Part shown: piece by piece, positions 60,002 to 64,000 of the stretch
Layout of the letters: every line of letters starts with the position of its first letter
Position numbering within the stretch: position 1 is the first letter of the stretch
Notes under the pieces: model-generated
Told to the model about the DNA's origin: nothing
Seen by the model: only the letters and a program-made list of their open reading frames with translations
The model's database searches: none
Made by a program: the position numbers and the translations under genes
Origin: Halobacteriovoraceae bacterium
Lineage (GTDB): Bacteria > Bdellovibrionota > Bacteriovoracia > Bacteriovoracales > Bacteriovoracaceae
Assembly: GCA_963719505.1 (NCBI GenBank)
Contig: CAVRCF010000001.1
Coordinates: forward strand, 960,001 to 1,024,000
Direction of reading: 5' to 3'
Length of the DNA stretch: 64,000 nucleotides

Positions 60002-60526
60002 ATGAATTTATTTTTAACAGTTTTCTGTCTATTTTTGAGTACAAATCTCTTCTCAAAAGAAGTGAAGCTCTCTTCTGATGGTGGAGTCATCATCTTTGAG
60101 TCCTCTGACTCTTGGGAGTTGCGCCATGATCTTTTTGGCATGGAGAATTGGCTGTTTTCACCGAAAGAGAATAATTCAAGAAGCAATATCACTGTGACCA
60201 ACACAAAAACGAAAATAAAGTTAGATATTGAAAAGATCAAAAAAAATCAGAAAAGTTATGAAGCGCTTAAGCGCAATTGGGCTGATGGTGTACAGGCTAA
60301 AGTTATTAGTTTTATCCCGATGAGTTCACGAAAAAATAGTCATGGAAACACAGTGAATACTATAGGGTTTAGATACTTCTTTAAAGACAAAAACTATAGA
60401 GAGGACTCTTATTATATAGACTGTCGAGGAACACTTATTTTCGCCAAGTCTTTAAGGTTAGAGGTAAACGCCAACCATCAAAATGATATCGATAAAATGA
60501 TTAACTCTATGGACTGTTCACTGTGA
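60002..60526 (+). CDS. secreted protein, possible PsbP/DcrB(Mog1)-like fold
   Basis: Signal peptide; pattern of an early Trp, NITV strand, beta meander and terminal helix; 4-nt overlap with next ORF. Confidence 0.55.
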   Translation: MNLFLTVFCLFLSTNLFSKEVKLSSDGGVIIFESSDSWELRHDLFGMENWLFSPKENNSRSNITVTNTKTKIKLDIEKIKKNQKSYEALKRNWADGVQAKVISFIPMSSRKNSHGNTVNTIGFRYFFKDKNYREDSYYIDCRGTLIFAKSLRLEVNANHQNDIDKMINSMDCSL

Positions 60527-63500
60527 AAATACTCTTAACGATTCTCCTTTGTTTTTGTAGTCTTCAAGCTTTTGCTCAATTGCCGGCTAATTGTACTGAA
60601 GGTGAATGCGTAGCAAATCTTGTAGAAGAATTAGAGGAACTCAATTCTGTTTTTAATAAAGAGTGTATGGCCCAAAAAGATTCAGATCAAAGTGTCGATG
60701 ATTACTTTGAGCAAAATGGGATCTCTGAGAAATGCTATGTTATGCTCAGTGAGATTTCTGTCAAACAACAGAAGCTTCAAAGTATTGCGACACAGTTGGA
60801 GGTCGCCGTTGGTGAGAATGAAGTTCGAAGCTGTCAGGTTCCGGACTCGGGAAATCTCTTAAACTCTCAAATTCAAGATATAAACGCCGTCAATTCGCAA
60901 GCTTCATGCTCTGAAGAAAGAAAAAAAGAAGTTAAAAAATCGTGTAGTTCAGACTTGAATTGTTTTATGTTCGCCTCAGCGATGGGAATGGGCGGTGATG
61001 TCGCTGAAAAACTTATCCCTGACTCGATGAAAATCCCAAATTGCAACTTAGGTGATGACTCATGTACGACACAACTTGTAAGTGGATTCATAGATTCCGT
61101 TATGACTTTCTTTTCAGGAGCATGGGATCTTTTAAAGATGGCAAAAAATGGCGTCGAAAAACAGTGGAATAAATTCTGGGGTTGGGTGACGGATGCCGAA
61201 GACCATTCTTCAACTTCTCAGTTGGCCATGGCGGAGGCTTCTGAAGATGATGGCGTTTTCTCCATGCTTGTGGATGACTTCTCTGGAACGATGAGCAGGA
61301 TGTGGCAAGGGCTTGTGGGCTCAATTAAAGAGTGGCTAAAAACTGATATTTTTTGTGAAAAATGGGAAGGAATACCGCGAGCAAGTAAATGTATCCAGCC
61401 TTACACAGACTTTGACTGTGCAAGTTGTAAGACTTTCGCAACGGGTCTATGTGCCGCAACTGGCGTTATTGTAGCAGAGATCGTGCCAGCATTTTTAACT
61501 GGTGGTATCGTGACAGCGGCGAAGCATGGAATTAACGGAGCCGCCAAAATTGCCAAAGTCTTTAAGGTTTCATCCAAGGCAGCTCAAGCACTCAAAAAAA
61601 CAAAAATTGTCTCAAAGGTCTCTAAGAAGGTCTCAAAAATAGATGACATCATCTCTTTGTCTTCAACTGTGTCAAAAATTGGAGCTAAACTTAAAACGGC
61701 ACTTTCAGTTGCTGGTAAATATCTACTTTCTCCATTGGCAAAAAAGACAACCGCGATCGGTAAGAGTCTAAAGGCGCTTTCTTCGAAATCGAAGATGTTT
61801 ATGGCCGAAACATCCTCGGGCAAGATGATCGTTTTCTCTCTCAAGGCTTTAAAGAAGACAGGTAAAGTTATTATTTATCCTATTGATAACCCAATGACGA
61901 CCTTTGCGTTTAAAAAGGGGATGACTTCTTTTGATAAAGCGCTTGTTCTTGGAGCAAAGAAAATTGGTCTCGCAACGAAAACAATAGTGGGAGTTGAAAA
62001 GGCAAGCTCAAGCGCTTACAGATCACTTCTAAAAATGGAAGAAGCTAAAATATTAAATAAAGTTGATAATGCTGAAAACGTCAAAATAAGTAGACTCTAT
62101 CTTGATGAGGTTAAGCCGCACCGGAAAAAAATTGTCTCAGATGTTTTTGAAAGTCAATCGGAGAACTTTAACGATATTGTTGAGACTCTTTACCCCGAAC
62201 TTAAATACGGAAAGCTCTCGGATAATATTCCAGAAGGCGAAATTATCGCAGCAGAGAAAGAGATCTGGGAACAAATTAAAAATGTAAGAGATGGACCTTA
62301 TAAAGATAAGCTCATAGAAAGCTTTCACTTTAAAATTGTCGGGTCAACTGCTAGAGCAAGGCTTGTTAGTAAAACTCCTCTTTATACAGATATCGTTAGA
62401 AATACAAAGCTTAATAGTGCAGACAGACTCTCTGAAGCTCTCAGGATAACGGGGAGATCTAAAGGCACCCAAAAACTTGAAGAAGCCTTGGAAAAAGCCC
62501 ATCTTGTTGGCGAAGAAGGTGGCGTTTATAACTATACATGGAGAGAACTTCGAGAAAAATATCGCCATCTTACAGACGGAGGCTTCTCCCAGGATGAAGC
62601 TGATCTTCTTATCAGGCAAGGTCTCGCTGGCCGTCCTCCTACAAGACAGCTTTTAACTGAAACAGAATCTAAGTTCATGGGACATAATGCAGATATTCTC
62701 GACAAAAAATATCTACAAAAAAGAGATCAACTATTAAAAATAGATAAAGTTGATGAGCCAGTATCAAAGTCAAAAAATATTTTTTCTCGTACGAGAAATT
62801 GGATTAACAAGCGAATGAATGGACCTTCATTGGTTAAAAATCCAAAAATCGTCGATCAAATTGAATCGATATACTTTATAGACAATCGTCATGGTCATAC
62901 AGGTCTTCAAAGTATCATGGATGGTAAGAGCACCATAAAGGCATCCCAAGTTGGGACTCGCTACGGAGAAAAAGAGTTTAAAAATTATCTCAACGCCAAA
63001 AAATATCTTCTAGAAGAAAGTCCAGAACTTTCCATACAAACGTTAAAGAATGTTCAAGCGAAAATGATGGAAGGAGGAGTCGAGGGACTTTCAGAAGCCT
63101 ATATTGGTAACTTTAGAAAGGGTGGTGTTTATGGAAATGTTCCGCCAAGCCATGCCATAACGGAACAAATCAAAGAGGAGATCGTTAAAAACCCTTATCT
63201 CCACTGGATAGAGACAGAAAAAATTGCAAAAGGCGATACTTTTGAATACGCAGGAAAAATTATCTACCCCAATGCAAAAACTATTGAGCCTCGTGGACTT
63301 GAAATTATTACCCAAAGAAATCCAAGTCTCGTTGCGGAGATTGAAGAATTTCAAGCATTACAGAAATTAAAAAGTAAAATCGGTGTTGATCTTGCGGATA
63401 AAAAATATTCTGACCTCGACCTTCCTGATTTTATAAAATCAAAATACAAAAATACCTCTGATCTAGAGATTGCAATTAGAAAAGTTGAACTCGATGAGTT

Positions 63501-64000
63501 TGTTCTAAACGAAAAGCTTATTGGAGAAATGGTTGAAGAGCGTTTTGAATGGTTTAAAAAGGCTCGCTCAGAACTTGGTGATATAGATTCACCTGCAAAG
63601 CTTGATGAGTATGTCGATATGGTTTCGAACCTACAAAGAGATCTTGTTTCAATTCATCCTTTTGGAAACGGTAATGGAAGAACGACAAGAGAGGTGGCCT
63701 TAAATTACCTTCTCGTAAAAGAAGGCTTTCCACCGCCAAGATTAGTTAATCCCAATGCAGATATATATAAAAGTGCTAAACAGTGGTCTGATGAAGTTAA
63801 AGAGGGAATCATTGCCTCTGATCACCTTATGGATGATCTCATTGAAAGACAGCGTATGGGCCTCAAGTTGGAAAACTCTTCAGAGCTTGTTATTCCATTT
63901 AGAACTCCAGCTGTTTCTTTAAATTTAAAAACTGGAACTAAGTTTAAAAATATGGAAGGGGTCGAATACATTGATCCAAAACTTTACCGTGAAATTGTGA
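60523..64000 (+). CDS. large secreted Fic-domain protein, 3' end beyond window (absent from ORF track)
   Basis: GTG 60523, open to window end (>1150 aa); signal MKILLTILLCFCSLQAFAQ; HPFGNGNGRTTR at 63655-63690; upstream Fic element IGNFRKG. Confidence 0.88.
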   Translation, partial: MKILLTILLCFCSLQAFAQLPANCTEGECVANLVEELEELNSVFNKECMAQKDSDQSVDDYFEQNGISEKCYVMLSEISVKQQKLQSIATQLEVAVGENEVRSCQVPDSGNLLNSQIQDINAVNSQASCSEERKKEVKKSCSSDLNCFMFASAMGMGGDVAEKLIPDSMKIPNCNLGDDSCTTQLVSGFIDSVMTFFSGAWDLLKMAKNGVEKQWNKFWGWVTDAEDHSSTSQLAMAEASEDDGVFSMLVDDFSGTMSRMWQGLVGSIKEWLKTDIFCEKWEGIPRASKCIQPYTDFDCASCKTFATGLCAATGVIVAEIVPAFLTGGIVTAAKHGINGAAKIAKVFKVSSKAAQALKKTKIVSKVSKKVSKIDDIISLSSTVSKIGAKLKTALSVAGKYLLSPLAKKTTAIGKSLKALSSKSKMFMAETSSGKMIVFSLKALKKTGKVIIYPIDNPMTTFAFKKGMTSFDKALVLGAKKIGLATKTIVGVEKASSSAYRSLLKMEEAKILNKVDNAENVKISRLYLDEVKPHRKKIVSDVFESQSENFNDIVETLYPELKYGKLSDNIPEGEIIAAEKEIWEQIKNVRDGPYKDKLIESFHFKIVGSTARARLVSKTPLYTDIVRNTKLNSADRLSEALRITGRSKGTQKLEEALEKAHLVGEEGGVYNYTWRELREKYRHLTDGGFSQDEADLLIRQGLAGRPPTRQLLTETESKFMGHNADILDKKYLQKRDQLLKIDKVDEPVSKSKNIFSRTRNWINKRMNGPSLVKNPKIVDQIESIYFIDNRHGHTGLQSIMDGKSTIKASQVGTRYGEKEFKNYLNAKKYLLEESPELSIQTLKNVQAKMMEGGVEGLSEAYIGNFRKGGVYGNVPPSHAITEQIKEEIVKNPYLHWIETEKIAKGDTFEYAGKIIYPNAKTIEPRGLEIITQRNPSLVAEIEEFQALQKLKSKIGVDLADKKYSDLDLPDFIKSKYKNTSDLEIAIRKVELDEFVLNEKLIGEMVEERFEWFKKARSELGDIDSPAKLDEYVDMVSNLQRDLVSIHPFGNGNGRTTREVALNYLLVKEGFPPPRLVNPNADIYKSAKQWSDEVKEGIIASDHLMDDLIERQRMGLKLENSSELVIPFRTPAVSLNLKTGTKFKNMEGVEYIDPKLYREIV

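Noticed and set aside
998-63739. Many short alternate-frame or antisense ORFs in the track (e.g. 998-1258, 36531-36926, 42750-43148, and all those from 60873 to 63739)
   Set aside because: They overlap longer motif-bearing genes and show no independent motifs; those after 60523 shadow the Fic ORF
1-64000. CRISPR arrays, tRNA/rRNA/tmRNA, prophage, integron or DGR elements
   Set aside because: No spaced repeats, cloverleafs, phage genes, integrase or reverse transcriptase seen by eye; no tool scan was run

Overview
An AT-rich, densely packed bacterial chromosomal window with about 60 CDSs. The gene repertoire (TIGR02147-type regulator, many Cys-rich secreted hypotheticals, secreted proteases, sigma28-like promoters) suggests a predatory Bdellovibrionota/Bacteriovoracaceae-like organism; this assignment is inference. 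Recognisable genes: hflKC, ogt, pckA plus a DASS transporter, udk, two DTW proteins, a SRAP protein, dnaE (broken by about 20 single-base indels, probably a local sequence-quality problem), an ECF/anti-sigma pair, divergent lexA-dinB, aroC, and a scattered AST-like set (astC-like, astA, astD) with a DUF1338/HglS-like gene. One intact IS66-family element (55646-57395, 8-bp TSD) sits at the astA stop codon. I saw no tRNA, rRNA or CRISPR array. The most interesting signals are: (1) a >1150-aa secreted Fic-domain protein missing from the ORF track (60523 to the window end), coupled to a PsbP/DcrB-like gene; (2) a sigma54 promoter pointing into a symmetric rod-shaped non-coding RNA candidate (about 30100-30240); (3) four TTCCGTA-type repeats on an 11-bp grid between lexA and dinB, a candidate direct-repeat SOS box; (4) a translationally coupled GNAT-M20-PlsC operon with a hairpin over its RBS, a candidate aminolipid pathway; (5) a 1290-aa secreted protein with knottin-like Cys repeats, an internal signal-peptide-like segment and a hydrophobic hairpin.
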